Source: Candidatus Sericytochromatia bacterium (GTDB lineage: Bacteria; Cyanobacteriota; Sericytochromatia; S15B-MN24; JAQBPE01). From it: DNA of 53,418 nucleotides. Positions 1 through 10,569 of the stretch are shown one piece after another. Location of the stretch: contig JAYKHR010000016.1 in the NCBI GenBank assembly GCA_035285125.1, positions 1 to 53,418 of the forward strand, written 5' to 3'. How positions within the stretch are numbered: the first letter of the stretch is position 1; each line of letters starts with the position of its first letter. Below the pieces are notes generated by a model, which was not told the DNA's origin, made no database searches, and was given only the letters and a program-made list of their open reading frames with translations. The translations under genes were made by a program, and so were the position numbers.

Positions 1-20
1 CGCCACGGCGCGCAGCACGG

Positions 21-572
21 CTAGAGCCTCAGCAGCGGGCGCAGGCGCTCCAACCGCTTGGCACCGATGCCCGGCACCTCGCGCAGGTCGTCCAGGGTGC
101 GGAAGCCCCCGAGGCGCTGGCGCACCAAGAGAATCCGGGAGGCCATCGCAGGCCCCACCCCTGGGAGCGTGTCGAGCTCGGCCGCGCTGGCCCGGTTGAG
201 GTCGAGCGGCCCCGGCGGCGGAGGCACGGCCCGACGCGCCCTGGCAAGAGCGCGGTGCCTGCCCCGCGAGGCCCGGGGCTCAGGGGCTGCCGCGGCCTGA
301 CCGGGCGCCGGCACGCGCAGGTGGTCCCCATCGTGCACGAGGGCCGCCAGGTTCAGGGCCTCCAGGCGGGCCCGCGCGGTCGGGCCGCCCGCCGCCGCGA
401 TGGCCTCGGCCACGCGCGCGCCGGGTGCCAGCACGTGCAGCCCCGGGCGCCGGACCTCGCCGCCCACGTGGACGCGCAGCCCCGCCTCCGAGACGGCCAT
501 CCCGGCCCGGGCGGGCCCCGCGAGGCCCGCCCACGTGACAAGGGCTAACGACAGCAGGTGACGGGACCTCAC
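21..572 (-). CDS. comEA: ComEA-family DNA-uptake protein (SLBB + helix-hairpin-helix)
   Basis: VHVGGEVRRPGL..L..GARVAEAIAAAGG (SLBB) and LDLNRASAAELDTLPGVGP..A.RI...R...GGFRTLDDLREVPGIG (HhH). GTG at 572 follows AGGAGG (577-582); ORF track extends to 617. Confidence 0.9.
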   Translation of the reverse strand: MRSRHLLSLALVTWAGLAGPARAGMAVSEAGLRVHVGGEVRRPGLHVLAPGARVAEAIAAAGGPTARARLEALNLAALVHDGDHLRVPAPGQAAAAPEPRASRGRHRALARARRAVPPPPGPLDLNRASAAELDTLPGVGPAMASRILLVRQRLGGFRTLDDLREVPGIGAKRLERLRPLLRL

Positions 573-720
573 GGAACCTCCTCGGGGCGATTGCGGCAGC
601 TGCTGAGTCATCGCCATCTCGCGCCCGAAGATGCGCTCTCAGCGTGGACTTCAAGCATGACACCCCCTGAACACGAGGCGCGTTCCGCGCCCACCGTGGG
701 CAGGGTTGCCGCCCCCGCCG

Positions 721-749
721 TGGACGTCCACCGACCGACCGGGCATAAT
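721..749 (+). promoter_or_regulatory. sigma70-type promoter of pgi
   Basis: TGGACG (721-726) - 17 bp - CATAAT (744-749), upstream of GGAGG (770-774) and ATG 784. Confidence 0.55.
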
Positions 750-783
750 CCGTCCACACCCACCCTCCCGGAGGACCCGTTCG

Positions 784-2226
784 ATGAAGCCCTGGCAAGA
801 TCCGCAGTGGCAGGCCGAGATGGCCGTGCGCCTCGAGTTCAACTACATGCTCGATCGCCTCGTCGGGCCCGAGCACGGCCTGACGCTCGACGCCGTGAAG
901 GGCATGGCGGGCCCCATCGCCGAGGTTCACGCCCAGATCCAGCGCCGGGACGGAGCCGGCAAGGACTTCCTCGGCTTCCTCGACCTGCCAGAGCAAGACC
1001 CCGCCCTGCTCGACCGGGTCGTCGCCACGGCCGACAGGCTGGCGGGGGCCGGCGATGTGCACGTGGTGCTCGGGATCGGCGGCTCCTACCTGGGGGCCCG
1101 GGCCATCCTCGAGTCCCTGTACTCGCCGTACCGCAACGAGCTGTCGCGAGCCCAGCGTGGGGGCCGGCCGCGCATCTACTTCGAGGGCAACAACCTCGAT
1201 GCCGACGCGATGCACGCGCTGCTCGATCGCCTGCCCGGGGCCCCCGGCGACGCCGCCGGCGATGCCACGCTCAACGTCATCTCGAAGTCCGGCGGCACGA
1301 TCGAGACGGCCATCGCGTTCCGCGTCTTCCGCCAGTGGGCCGAGCGCGTCTACGGCAAGGCCGAAGCCGCCCGCCGCATCGTCGCCACCACCGACGCCGA
1401 GAAGGGCAGCCTGAAGGCCCTCGCGAACCAGGAGGGCTACGAGACCTTCGTGATCCCCGACAACGTGGGCGGACGTTTCTCGGTGCTCACGCCGGTGGGG
1501 CTGCTGCCCGCGGCGATCGCGGGCGTGGACATCCACGAGCTCGTGGCGGGCGCCCGGGCGATGGCGGCACGATGCCGCCAGGCCGACCTCTTCCAGAACC
1601 CGGCCTACATGTACGCTGCGCTGATGGACCTGTCCTACCGGGCAGGGCGCAACGTCTCGATCATGGCCGCCTGGACCAAGCGCCTCGAATTCGTGGGCTT
1701 CTGGTACGACCAACTCGGCGCGGAGAGCCTCGGCAAGCAGGGCGGGGGCCGCATCCCCTTCACCTCCGTGAACAGCCGGGACCTGCACGCCCGTGGCCAG
1801 CAGGTGCAGGAAGGCCCGCACAACACCGTCGTGACGAACCTCGTGGTGGGACGCAGCGCGCGCCCGCTGGCCGTCGAGCCGGATGCCGGGGACCTGGACG
1901 GCCTGAACTACCTCGCCGGGTGGGACCTCGACCGCATGCAGCGCGGCGCGATGGAGGGCACCCGCTTCGCCTACGCGAAGGACGGGCGGCCCAGCCTGAA
2001 CGTGGAGCTCCCGGCCATCAACGCCTTCACGCTCGGCCAGCTGTTTTACATGTTCGAGGTGGCGACGCTCGCCGAGGGCTACTTGCAGCGCATCAACCCG
2101 CTGGACCAGCCGGGGGTGGAGGCCTACAAGAAGTTCATGTTCGGCAACCTCGGGCGATCCGACATGGCCGCCTACAAGGCGGAGTTCGACGCCCGGCCGC
2201 AGGGGCTGCCCGAGCTGGTGATCTGA
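784..2226 (+). CDS. pgi: glucose-6-phosphate isomerase
   Basis: Motifs VLGIGGSYLG, ISKSGGTIET, IPDNVGGRFSVLT, QLGAESLGK, INPLDQPGVEAYK. Start chosen at ATG 784 after an RBS. Confidence 0.95.
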   Translation: MKPWQDPQWQAEMAVRLEFNYMLDRLVGPEHGLTLDAVKGMAGPIAEVHAQIQRRDGAGKDFLGFLDLPEQDPALLDRVVATADRLAGAGDVHVVLGIGGSYLGARAILESLYSPYRNELSRAQRGGRPRIYFEGNNLDADAMHALLDRLPGAPGDAAGDATLNVISKSGGTIETAIAFRVFRQWAERVYGKAEAARRIVATTDAEKGSLKALANQEGYETFVIPDNVGGRFSVLTPVGLLPAAIAGVDIHELVAGARAMAARCRQADLFQNPAYMYAALMDLSYRAGRNVSIMAAWTKRLEFVGFWYDQLGAESLGKQGGGRIPFTSVNSRDLHARGQQVQEGPHNTVVTNLVVGRSARPLAVEPDAGDLDGLNYLAGWDLDRMQRGAMEGTRFAYAKDGRPSLNVELPAINAFTLGQLFYMFEVATLAEGYLQRINPLDQPGVEAYKKFMFGNLGRSDMAAYKAEFDARPQGLPELVI

Positions 2227-2310
2227 CGACACCCCGCCGGCCGAGCCACGGGAACGGCCCGATGGCACCAGGGCCGGCGAGCGTCGAGGCCCGCGTGGCT
2301 TGAAGCACAT

Positions 2311-4025
2311 ATGACGTCACGACGACTCACCTGTCTGATGGCGGCGGCCTTGGGGGTCGGCTGCTCCACCTCGCCCCCGGCGCCCCCCGCGCAGCCGGCT
2401 GGGCGGACGGGGGACCGCGCGCCGGCACCCAGGGCACAGCTCATCGCGATCAGCGGCGTCGTGGCTGTCCCCACGCGGTTGCTCGCAGGACGCGGCGGCA
2501 CCATTCTGTCGGATCAAGGGATGCGGGTGGTGTCGGGCCAAGGCGGGCGGATCGTCGCCAACGGAGGCGCGCTGCTGCGGTTGCTCTCCCCGGGTGAGCG
2601 AGTGGGCCTCGCAGGGGCGCGCGCCTACCTGGCCGATGCGACAGGCAAGCGCCTGCCGGGGCTTGCGGAGGCCTTTACGGATGCGGCGGGACGCTACGAA
2701 ATCGAGAACGTGCCGGCTGGCTTTGCCTACCTGGTCGTCGTCGAGGCCCGCACGTCGTCGGGGCGCACCGCGCAGCTGCGGGGCATCGCAGCACCAGGCC
2801 AGCGCGAGGTGCCGGTGGATCTGGGCACCACCCTGGCAGCGGCGGCGGTCGTGACGCCGGACCGCGGCATCGGGAGCCCGGACGCCGTGAACCTCCAGGC
2901 CCTTGCCCGCCAGCTCGAGGCCAAGCTGGGGCAGACAGCCCCCCCGGACCTGACGGACGCGGCAGCCGTGGCGCAGGCGGCGCAGCTGCTCCTGGCTGCT
3001 GATGCCAGCGCGCAGCAACAAGCCGAGGCAGCACGAGCCACCACCGAGACAGCGGCCTCTCCCGTCCCCCTCGCGGAGCTGGTCCAGGCCGCGCTAGCCG
3101 GGGGCTCAGAGACTACCCCCGCCCTCAAGGTTGGGCCGTCGGGCTCGCCCGACGGTTCACCGGTGCCCGCCCCTTCCGTCAGCGTGGCGAGCGTGCCCCC
3201 TCAGAGCTCTTCCCCCACCACGCCTCCGCCGCCGGCCCCGACCGGGACTCAGCCCCCTGCTCCACTGCCCCCTCCCATCCCCACGCCAGCGGGCTCTCAG
3301 GCGCCTGTTCAGGGTCCTCGGACTACACGGCCACCGTCTTCGCCAGCAGCGGCCTGTCACGCCCCCAGGGTCTCGCCCTCGATGCCGCAGGCGCCCTGTT
3401 CGTGGCGGACACCGGCAGCCACCGCATCCTGAAGCTCACCCCGGCGGGTGCCGTGAGCACCTTCGCGGGGTCGACGCTCGGGAGCGCCGATGGCGCCGGG
3501 GCGTCCGCCCAGTTCAACAGCCCCCAGGGCCTGGCGATGGACAGCTCGAACAACCTCTACGTCGCGGACACGGGCAACCATCGCCTGCGGGCCCTGACAC
3601 AGCAGGGAGAGGTCAGCACCGTGGCGGGCTCATCCTCTGGCTTGCAGGACGGCGAGGGCGCCAACGCCAGGTTCAATGGCCCTGTGGCCCTCGCCGCGGG
3701 GGAGGGTTCGCTCCTGGTGGCCGACCGCGAGAATGGCCGCATTCGAATGGTGAAGACCAGCAACTGGGCGGTCTCTTCGCTGACGCTGACGCTGGTGGCC
3801 AAGCCCGTGGGCCTGGCCGTAGATGCCAGGGGTGTGCTGCTGGTGGCCGACGAGACCCGGGGCGCGCTGGTGGCGTTTGCCAAGGGCGCCGGCGAGGGCA
3901 CCCGCGTGCCTGGCCCCGACGCCCTGGACTTCCGAGACGCGCTGTCCCTCCCCGTTGGCCCTGACAACTCCGTCTACCTGGCCGACACCCGCAACGACCG
4001 GATCTTGCGTTTCAGGCCGAACTGA
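2311..4025 (+). pseudogene. frameshifted NHL-repeat lipoprotein (paralog of 4087..6099)
   Basis: ORF 2311..3432 matches the paralog's N-half (lipobox LGVGC). From 3321 another frame reads DYTATVFASSGLSRPQGLALDAAGALFVADTGSHRIL, collinear with the paralog's YTTSVVTSSGLARPQGLALDATGNLFVADTDSHRIL. One base appears missing, probably around 3290-3320; could be a sequencing error. Confidence 0.8.
2479..2574 (+). repeat. degenerate 8-aa repeat LLAGRGGT/ILSDQGMR/VVSGQGGR/IVANGGAL
   Basis: Read from translation; same position and pattern as in the paralogs. Confidence 0.65.
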
Positions 4026-4086
4026 GGCGGGGCACCCCCGGCTGGCCGCTGGTTAGCCTGACCGCGCCCGGTGGTACGTCGGCACT

Positions 4087-6099
4087 ATGGGCGCGTTTCG
4101 GCTTGGGTACATCCTCGCTGCCACCCTGATGGTGGGGTGCACGATCGCGCCCATCGGCCCGCGTGGCGTTGGATCCCCCTCCCAGCTGGCGGTTCGCAAG
4201 GCCCCCCTCATCGCGCTGACCGGGTTGGTCGCCGTGCCGGCTCGGCTCCTCGCAGATCGCGGGGCTGGAATCCTCGCGGATCGCGGGGCGGGAATCATCT
4301 CGGATCGCGGGGCGGGAATCATCTCGGATCGTGGGTCTGGCCTGGTCACGAACAATTCCTCCGGCCTGCTGTCCCGGGGTGCCGCATGGGTGTCCGAAGC
4401 CTTCCGGGCGCGGCGTCTTTACGCGACGGCTGACGCCATTGGCTTGAGGGGCGCCCGCGTCTTCCTTGCCGACGCCGCGGGCCGTCCCCTGCCGGGGCTC
4501 CCCGAAGCCCGCACCGACGCGGACGGACGGTATCGCATCCCGAACGTGCCGGCGGGCTATGCCTACGTGGTCATCGTCGAGGCCGCGACCGCGGCTGGCC
4601 GCACCGCACAGCTTCGCAGCGTCGCCGCTGCCGGCCAGCGCGAGGTCCCCGTCGGGCTGGGCACCACCCTCGCCGCAGCCGTCGTGGTGTCGCCCGAACG
4701 TGGCCTCGGAAGCCCGGAGGCCGGCAGCTTCGAGGCCCTGGCTAGGCGGCTCGAGGACCAGCTCGGCCAGGCAGAGGTGCCGGACCTCACGAACCCGGCC
4801 GCAGTCGCCCAGATCGCCCAGGCCCTGGTGGCCGCCGATGCGGAGGTGCAGCAGCAGGTGGAGGACGTGCGCAACAGCACGGAGACCTCGGTGCCGGCCC
4901 AGCCGCTGGCGGCCCTGGTGCAGGCAGCCCTCGAGCAAGGGGAAGGTGCGCCTGCGGCCAACACGGCCCCGCCTCCCACGTCCCCACCTCCCAGCGTCGC
5001 GCCGGGCGCACAGGCCGCCACGCCGGGGCCAGGGATTGCCGGGACGACGTCCCCCACCGACGCGCCCCCGCCATCCCTCACCCCAACGCCGACGCCAGAA
5101 CCCACAGGCCCGGCCCCCGCGACGCCAGCTCCAACGCCCGTGCCGACCGCCACCCCCTTGTCCCTGGCGACGGCCACGCCGACCCCAACTCCGACCGGCA
5201 CCCCGACTCCGGCCGCCACGCCCACGCCCACGCCGCTGCGATACACCACCTCGGTGGTCACCAGCAGCGGCCTGGCGCGCCCCCAAGGCCTGGCCCTGGA
5301 CGCCACGGGCAACCTCTTCGTGGCAGACACCGACAGCCACCGCATCCTCAAGGTCACGGCCACCGGCGTCGTCTCAACCTTTGCGGGATCGACCGCCGGC
5401 GCAGCGGATGGGACGGGCACCGGGGCCAAGTTCAACGGTCCTCAGGGCCTCGCCATCGCGCCAGACGGCACGCTTTACGTGGCTGACACGGGCAACCACC
5501 GCCTGCGGAAGGTCACCCCACAGGGGGTGGTGACCACCCTCGCCGGCGCGGGTTTGGGGGCCACCGACGGCACCGGCACGGGCGCCAGCTTCAGCGGCCC
5601 CACCGGGCTGGTGGTGGGGGCCAATGGGACGCTTTACGTCGCCGACACGGGCAACCAGCGGATCCGCGCCGTCACCCCCCTGGGCGTGGTGACGACGCTG
5701 GCAGGCTCGACCCTGGGGCTGGTCGACGGCTCGGGCGCAGCCGCCCGCTTCTCCTCGCCCGTCGCGGTGGCCCAGCGGTCCGATGGCGCCCTCCTCGTGG
5801 CGGACCGAGACAATGCCCGCGTCCGCCTGGTGACGCCCGGGGGTCAGGTCTCGACGCTCACCGGCGTGACCTTCACCAGGCCCGTCGGCGTGGCGATCGA
5901 CGCGCGGGGGACGCTTCTGATCGCAGACGAGAGTGCCGAGGGCTTGCGCGCCTTCACTGCCACGGGGGCCGCAGGACTCTTCAAGACAGCCGACAGGATG
6001 GACTTCCGTGACTCCTTGGGCCTGCCAGTGGGCCCCGATGGCACCGTTTACCTGGCGGACACCCGCAACAACAGGATCGTGAGATTCGTGCCGGACTGA
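4087..6099 (+). CDS. NHL-repeat (beta-propeller) lipoprotein with Pro/Thr linker
   Basis: Lipobox LMVGC, 8-aa repeats, TDADGRYRIPNVPAG beta-sandwich-like domain, long PT linker, about six P.GLA....G.LYVADTGNHR.R repeats. Confidence 0.85.
   Translation: MGAFRLGYILAATLMVGCTIAPIGPRGVGSPSQLAVRKAPLIALTGLVAVPARLLADRGAGILADRGAGIISDRGAGIISDRGSGLVTNNSSGLLSRGAAWVSEAFRARRLYATADAIGLRGARVFLADAAGRPLPGLPEARTDADGRYRIPNVPAGYAYVVIVEAATAAGRTAQLRSVAAAGQREVPVGLGTTLAAAVVVSPERGLGSPEAGSFEALARRLEDQLGQAEVPDLTNPAAVAQIAQALVAADAEVQQQVEDVRNSTETSVPAQPLAALVQAALEQGEGAPAANTAPPPTSPPPSVAPGAQAATPGPGIAGTTSPTDAPPPSLTPTPTPEPTGPAPATPAPTPVPTATPLSLATATPTPTPTGTPTPAATPTPTPLRYTTSVVTSSGLARPQGLALDATGNLFVADTDSHRILKVTATGVVSTFAGSTAGAADGTGTGAKFNGPQGLAIAPDGTLYVADTGNHRLRKVTPQGVVTTLAGAGLGATDGTGTGASFSGPTGLVVGANGTLYVADTGNQRIRAVTPLGVVTTLAGSTLGLVDGSGAAARFSSPVAVAQRSDGALLVADRDNARVRLVTPGGQVSTLTGVTFTRPVGVAIDARGTLLIADESAEGLRAFTATGAAGLFKTADRMDFRDSLGLPVGPDGTVYLADTRNNRIVRFVPD
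4249..4368 (+). repeat. 24-bp in-frame tandem repeat (about 5 units; LADRGAGI, ISDRGAGI...)
   Basis: CTCGCAGATCGCGGGGCTGGAATC / CTCGCGGATCGCGGGGCGGGAATC / ATCTCGGATCGCGGGGCGGGAATC / ATCTCGGATCGTGGGTCTGGCCTG, then one degenerate unit. Confidence 0.9.
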
Positions 6100-6306
6100 C
6101 TCGAGATGGTCACCACCCTGGCTCAGTGCCTGACGTGGTGCTGGGCCCCAGTGCTGCGTAGGACACCGCGGGAGGCTGCCAGCCTTCGGCCCGCAGCAGG
6201 GACCCTCGCTCGTCAGACCTCGAGGCATCGGCCCCCTGCGGCGTTCGCCCTTGGGACTTTCGGGAAATAGGGGGCGAGGTCCCTTACGCGGAAGGTCACA
6301 CACGCC

Positions 6307-6836
6307 ATGGCTCTCCACCATCACCGTCTCCAGACCCTTTGCGCCGCTGGGTTCCTGGTGGCATCAACGGCGCTACCTGTTTTGCCCAGCCCACGCCGTC
6401 GTCCTTTGCCCCCGCAGATCTGAGCAGGCCTGTATACCTGTCGAACGGCGATGAAATGGATCAAGGCTCCCCGCTGGCAGGGCTGGTCAGCCTCGGGAGC
6501 ACCTACGTGGCGCTGCCGCTCGCCACGTCCGCGCTGCACGCGACGGGACTCACGGGCCCCGCGGCGCTGCTGCCCTTCGTCGCGATTCCCTTCACGCTGG
6601 GGGCGGGGCACTTTTTCCGGGGTGATCCGGTCCGGGGCTTTGGCCTCGGGGCGGCGGCATACCCCGTTGTGGTGGGCAGCGGCCTGGTCGGCATGTGGCT
6701 GAGCCCCAAGTCAGCCGAAGTATGGCTCGTCAACGGAGCGGTCGTCGGGTTGGTCGGCGGCGTCTGCTACAGCCTTTGCGTGGCCTGGGACGCCACCCTC
6801 CCCCGCGCCACCAACCGGGGGCGCGACGCATACTGA
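6307..6836 (+). CDS. membrane protein with signal peptide, apparently frameshifted
   Basis: ATG 6307 after GGAAGG gives MALHHHRLQTLCAAGFLVASTALPV. One extra T in the T-run at 6380-6383 joins it to FAQPTPSS... of ORF 6339..6836, which has several hydrophobic segments (GAGHFFRGDPVRG). Confidence 0.6.
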
Positions 6837-6860
6837 GGCCCCCGCGCCAGGTCCGGCCCA

Positions 6861-7979
6861 TCAGATGGGCGCCGCGAAGCGCCTGGCGTACCCGGTGAGT
6901 TCGACGTAGCCCGCCGCCGTGACGGGCTTGCCGCCCCGGGTGCCCGCGGCCTTCACGCTGCCCTCCCAGTAGGTCTCGCCCGTCGAGCCGGGCGTCTGCC
7001 ACTCCTGGCGCTCGAAGCTGGGCGTGACCGTGAGCGAGAGGTCCTCACCGGGCACGCGCAGCGTCCAGGCCATGGGGTAGTCGGCACCGGACGTCGGGCT
7101 CTTCCAGCGGGCGGTGGGCCGGACGTCGAAGGCCGCCAGCGGCAGGTGGCGCGGCGGGCCGACGGGGGGCACCCAGGTTCCCGAGGACTGCGGCACGGGC
7201 GTGCCATCGGTGCGACGCAGCTGGTAGAGCATCAGCTCCGAGCCGTCAGAAAGCTGCAGGCTGAACCAATCCCAGCCAGCCTCGCGCCGCCCGAGCTGGT
7301 TCGAGCCGAACTCGTGGTCCATCCACGAGGTCCCCGTGACGGGCAGGTTCTCCCCACCGAGTGCCAGCGTCCCGCGTGTCTCGAGGCGCGTCAACGAGTA
7401 GTAGTGGGACGCGCACGTCGGGCAGTCAGACTTGCGGCTGACGCCGTTGCGCCCGTGGATCACGATGGGCTTGCGCGGCGTGAGCGTGAGATCGATCGCC
7501 TGGCGCGCGTCGCGCGCCGTGAGCCGGTGGCTGCCGCCCTCGAGCCAGGCGCGCCAGCCCCCCACAAAGACGTCGTAGGCAGCGGCGCCAGCGCCCGCGA
7601 GCCCGACGCCCCCCCGCTGCAGCCGCTCGGCCGTGCCGAAGTGGGCCGCGTCGAGGTCCGAGACGGCGAAGTGCGCCAGCAGCACGCCGTCGGATCGCCA
7701 TGGGGAGGCCTTCACCCCCAGCGACAGGCCCGGGGCCGTGCCCACCCGGAAGAACGTGAGCTGATAGCCGAAGGCGCGCCCGCTCGCCGTCGCGAGGTGC
7801 CCGGTGTAGTACCACCACTCGGTGCGGAAGGCCGGGTGCGCCGCGTGGTCCCGCGGAAACGCATAGCTGTAGCCCGGCAACGCAGGCCGGAACCCGCCTG
7901 CGGCGGCGGGCGCAGCCAGCGCCAACACGGCGGCCACCACGCCAATCCCCACCTGCCCGCGCAGCAGCCGCTCACTCAT
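6861..7979 (-). CDS. secreted lipocalin-like/CrtC-type (AttH-like) protein
   Basis: FPRDHAAHPAFRTEWWYYTG, FGYQLTFFR, SHYYS, SWMDHEF, GWDWFSLQL, YWEG, GYVELTGY; signal peptide. Confidence 0.9.
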   Translation of the reverse strand: MSERLLRGQVGIGVVAAVLALAAPAAAGGFRPALPGYSYAFPRDHAAHPAFRTEWWYYTGHLATASGRAFGYQLTFFRVGTAPGLSLGVKASPWRSDGVLLAHFAVSDLDAAHFGTAERLQRGGVGLAGAGAAAYDVFVGGWRAWLEGGSHRLTARDARQAIDLTLTPRKPIVIHGRNGVSRKSDCPTCASHYYSLTRLETRGTLALGGENLPVTGTSWMDHEFGSNQLGRREAGWDWFSLQLSDGSELMLYQLRRTDGTPVPQSSGTWVPPVGPPRHLPLAAFDVRPTARWKSPTSGADYPMAWTLRVPGEDLSLTVTPSFERQEWQTPGSTGETYWEGSVKAAGTRGGKPVTAAGYVELTGYARRFAAPI

Positions 7980-10569
7980 CCCGCATCGCCTCCGCCAGCC
8001 TGGCGCGCGACGCCGCCCGCGCCGGCAGCCAGCCGGCCAGCACCGCAGCGCCGACCACGGCCGCCACCGTCCCGCCCACGAAGCCCCACGGGATGGCGAA
8101 GCCCACGCTCCAGCCGAAGGACTGCCGGTTGATCACCTCGATCAGCAGCAGGGCCAGCATGTCGCCACCCACCAGCCCGAGGCCTGCCCCCGCGAGCCCG
8201 ATCAGGCCCGCCTCGGTCATCACCATCGCGGCCACCTGCCGGCGCAAGAGGCCCACCTGGCGCTGGATGGCAATCTCACGGCTCCGCTCCAGCACCAGCG
8301 CCGCCAGCGTGCCGGCAACGCCGAGCAGCGACACCGTGATGCTGACGGCGTGCAGGGCGTAGGTAATGGCGAAGGTGTCGTCGAAGACCCGCATGACCTG
8401 CTGGCGCACGGCCTCCGAGGACACCAGCGTGACGGGGCGAGCCCCGAGCGCTTCCCGCAGCCCCGCCCGCAGCACCTCGCGGTCGGCAGCCGGCGCGGCG
8501 TAGACGGCCACGTCCGTGATGGTCTCGTCTCGCCACCAGCGGCGGTAGGTCTCGCGGTCCATCAGGACGTAGCCCTGGTCGGACGCGTAGTCGTGGTAGA
8601 CCGCCAGCACCCGGAAGGGTCGAGGCCCCTGCGGCGTGGGCAGCACGAGGTCCTCGCCAGGGTCCACGCCGTGCTTGATGGACAGCGCCTCGGAAACCAG
8701 CACCCGGTCGGTGCCGACGCAGGCCGCGAAGAGCCCGCGGGGGTCGCCCCCATCGCGCAGCACCATCGACCCGTGCCGGGCCAGGACGTCCATATCGGCC
8801 CCGCCCAAGCGGATGGCCACGCCGGCGTAGGGCAGCACCCGCTCCCGGAAGGCCTCGACGTCCACCACGCCCGGCACCCGGCGGAGCAGCCCGGGGATGG
8901 CAGGATCGAGCGTGGCGATCGCCCCGAACCCGGAGGTCGTGCCCGCGGCGGCGGGGTTCACGTAGTACGCACCGGGCAGCGTCGTCTCGATCCAGGCCGT
9001 GACCGTGCCCCGGAACGAACCCACCATCGTGGCCACCCCGACTGTCATGGCCGCCCCCACCATGAGCGCCGCCACGGCCACGCCGTTGCGCCCCACGGCG
9101 CGCCGGAAGTTGCGCACGCCTAGCACCAAGGGCGCCGGCAGCGCCATCAGGGCGGCCAGGCGTTCGGCCACGCGAGACAAGGCCTCAACCGCCAGCGGTG
9201 CCCAGAACGAGGCCCCCAGCACCAGCAGCGCGGCAGCGGCGTAGCCCCCCCAGGGCGGCCCGCCGTGCGCCGGCACGGCGGCGCAGGCCACGGCCAGTCC
9301 CACCAGCCCCAGCCCGAGAAGGGCCCAACGGCCGCTCCTGCCTCGCTGACGGGCCTCCCAGGAGCCAGCCCGCACGGCCAGCGCCGGCGCCGTGCCGGCG
9401 GCCTCGAGGGCGGGGGCCACCGACGCCACCAGCGAGAGCACCACGCCAGCCACCCAGCCCACCACGAAGGGCACGGGGTCCCAGGCCACGGCCCCGACGC
9501 TGGTGTCCACGTAGAGCGCATCCACGGTCTGGCCGACGGCCGCAACGGCGCCGCGGGCCAGCACACTGCCGAGCGCGAGCCCCAGCAGGCCGCCGAGGCT
9601 GCCGACCAGCAGCGCCTCCAGCGCGAACAGCCCGAAGATCTGCCGGCGCAGCGCCCCGAGCGTGCGCATCATCGCGACCTCCCGGCGGCGCTGCACCACC
9701 GAGATCGAGACGGCGTTGTAGATGAGGTACGACCCCACCACGAGGGCCACGAACGAGAGCGCCATCAGGTTCATCCGGAACGAGGCCAGCATGCGCTCCG
9801 CCGAGCGGGTGGCGTCGGCCGGGTCAGCCAAGCTGACGCCAGGCAGCCGCAGCGCCTCGAAGGCCGCCCGCAGGGCCGCAGGCGTCACGCCCTCGCGCGG
9901 CGTTAGATCGAGCCGATCCAGGGAGGTCGTGCGCCCCGTGAGCTCCTGCAGGGCCGCCACGTCGAGAAAGCCAATCCACGGGTCGAGGCCGGCCGTGTCA
10001 GGTCCACCGGGCAGGATTCCCAGCACCGGGAGGTCGGCGCGGCGATCGTTGACGAGCAACGGGAGGCGCGCGCCAACCGAGAGCCCGAGCTGGCGGGCAG
10101 CCTCGCCCGTGATCCAGAGGCCGGCCGGCCACCCGCCCTCGGTCGGCGGGGCCGAGCGGGCGCCCCCGGCCGCGGCCGCCGCGTAGCCGCGGAAGGCCCC
10201 AGGGGCCAGCAGGTCCACCCCCACCAGTCGCACGGGCCTGGCGGCCGCGTTGGCCGTGACGGCTGCGGCCTCCAGCACCGGGCTGACGACGGCCACGTCC
10301 AGCAAGGGCCTCAGCCGCGGCACGAGGGCCTGGGGCACCTCGCCGCCGGGCACCACCACCTGCCAGGCAGCAGGCCCCGCCACGGCCCGCGCGGTCCGCG
10401 CAAACGCGTCGAGCGCCGTGCCGTTGGCGAGCTGGACCGCGACCGCGACGGCGACGCCCAGCGCCACGCCCAGCACCGTGAGGGCCGAGCGCAGGCGGTG
10501 CCGCGTGACGTGGCGCCAGACCAGCGCCAGCAGCAGCAGCTGCGGCAGGTGCAGGCCGCGGACCCTCAT
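7972..10569 (-). CDS. FtsX/MacB-type ABC transporter permease (duplicated)
   Basis: RSALTVLGVALGVAV, SVVQRRREVAMMRTLGA, INRQSFGW; two FtsX units; overlaps both neighbours. Confidence 0.9.
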   Translation of the reverse strand: MRVRGLHLPQLLLLALVWRHVTRHRLRSALTVLGVALGVAVAVAVQLANGTALDAFARTARAVAGPAAWQVVVPGGEVPQALVPRLRPLLDVAVVSPVLEAAAVTANAAARPVRLVGVDLLAPGAFRGYAAAAAGGARSAPPTEGGWPAGLWITGEAARQLGLSVGARLPLLVNDRRADLPVLGILPGGPDTAGLDPWIGFLDVAALQELTGRTTSLDRLDLTPREGVTPAALRAAFEALRLPGVSLADPADATRSAERMLASFRMNLMALSFVALVVGSYLIYNAVSISVVQRRREVAMMRTLGALRRQIFGLFALEALLVGSLGGLLGLALGSVLARGAVAAVGQTVDALYVDTSVGAVAWDPVPFVVGWVAGVVLSLVASVAPALEAAGTAPALAVRAGSWEARQRGRSGRWALLGLGLVGLAVACAAVPAHGGPPWGGYAAAALLVLGASFWAPLAVEALSRVAERLAALMALPAPLVLGVRNFRRAVGRNGVAVAALMVGAAMTVGVATMVGSFRGTVTAWIETTLPGAYYVNPAAAGTTSGFGAIATLDPAIPGLLRRVPGVVDVEAFRERVLPYAGVAIRLGGADMDVLARHGSMVLRDGGDPRGLFAACVGTDRVLVSEALSIKHGVDPGEDLVLPTPQGPRPFRVLAVYHDYASDQGYVLMDRETYRRWWRDETITDVAVYAAPAADREVLRAGLREALGARPVTLVSSEAVRQQVMRVFDDTFAITYALHAVSITVSLLGVAGTLAALVLERSREIAIQRQVGLLRRQVAAMVMTEAGLIGLAGAGLGLVGGDMLALLLIEVINRQSFGWSVGFAIPWGFVGGTVAAVVGAAVLAGWLPARAASRARLAEAMRDE

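Noticed and set aside
4249..4368. 24-bp repeats as a CRISPR array
   Set aside because: No spacers, in-frame within a CDS, and no cas genes.
6199..6283. GGGACCCTCGC...GCGAGGTCCC pairing as a riboswitch
   Set aside because: No known aptamer motifs; such pairing is common at high GC.
6861..7979. Carotenoid pathway (crtC)
   Set aside because: Context is the widespread ABC ATPase/permease/lipocalin-like operon, with no crt genes nearby.
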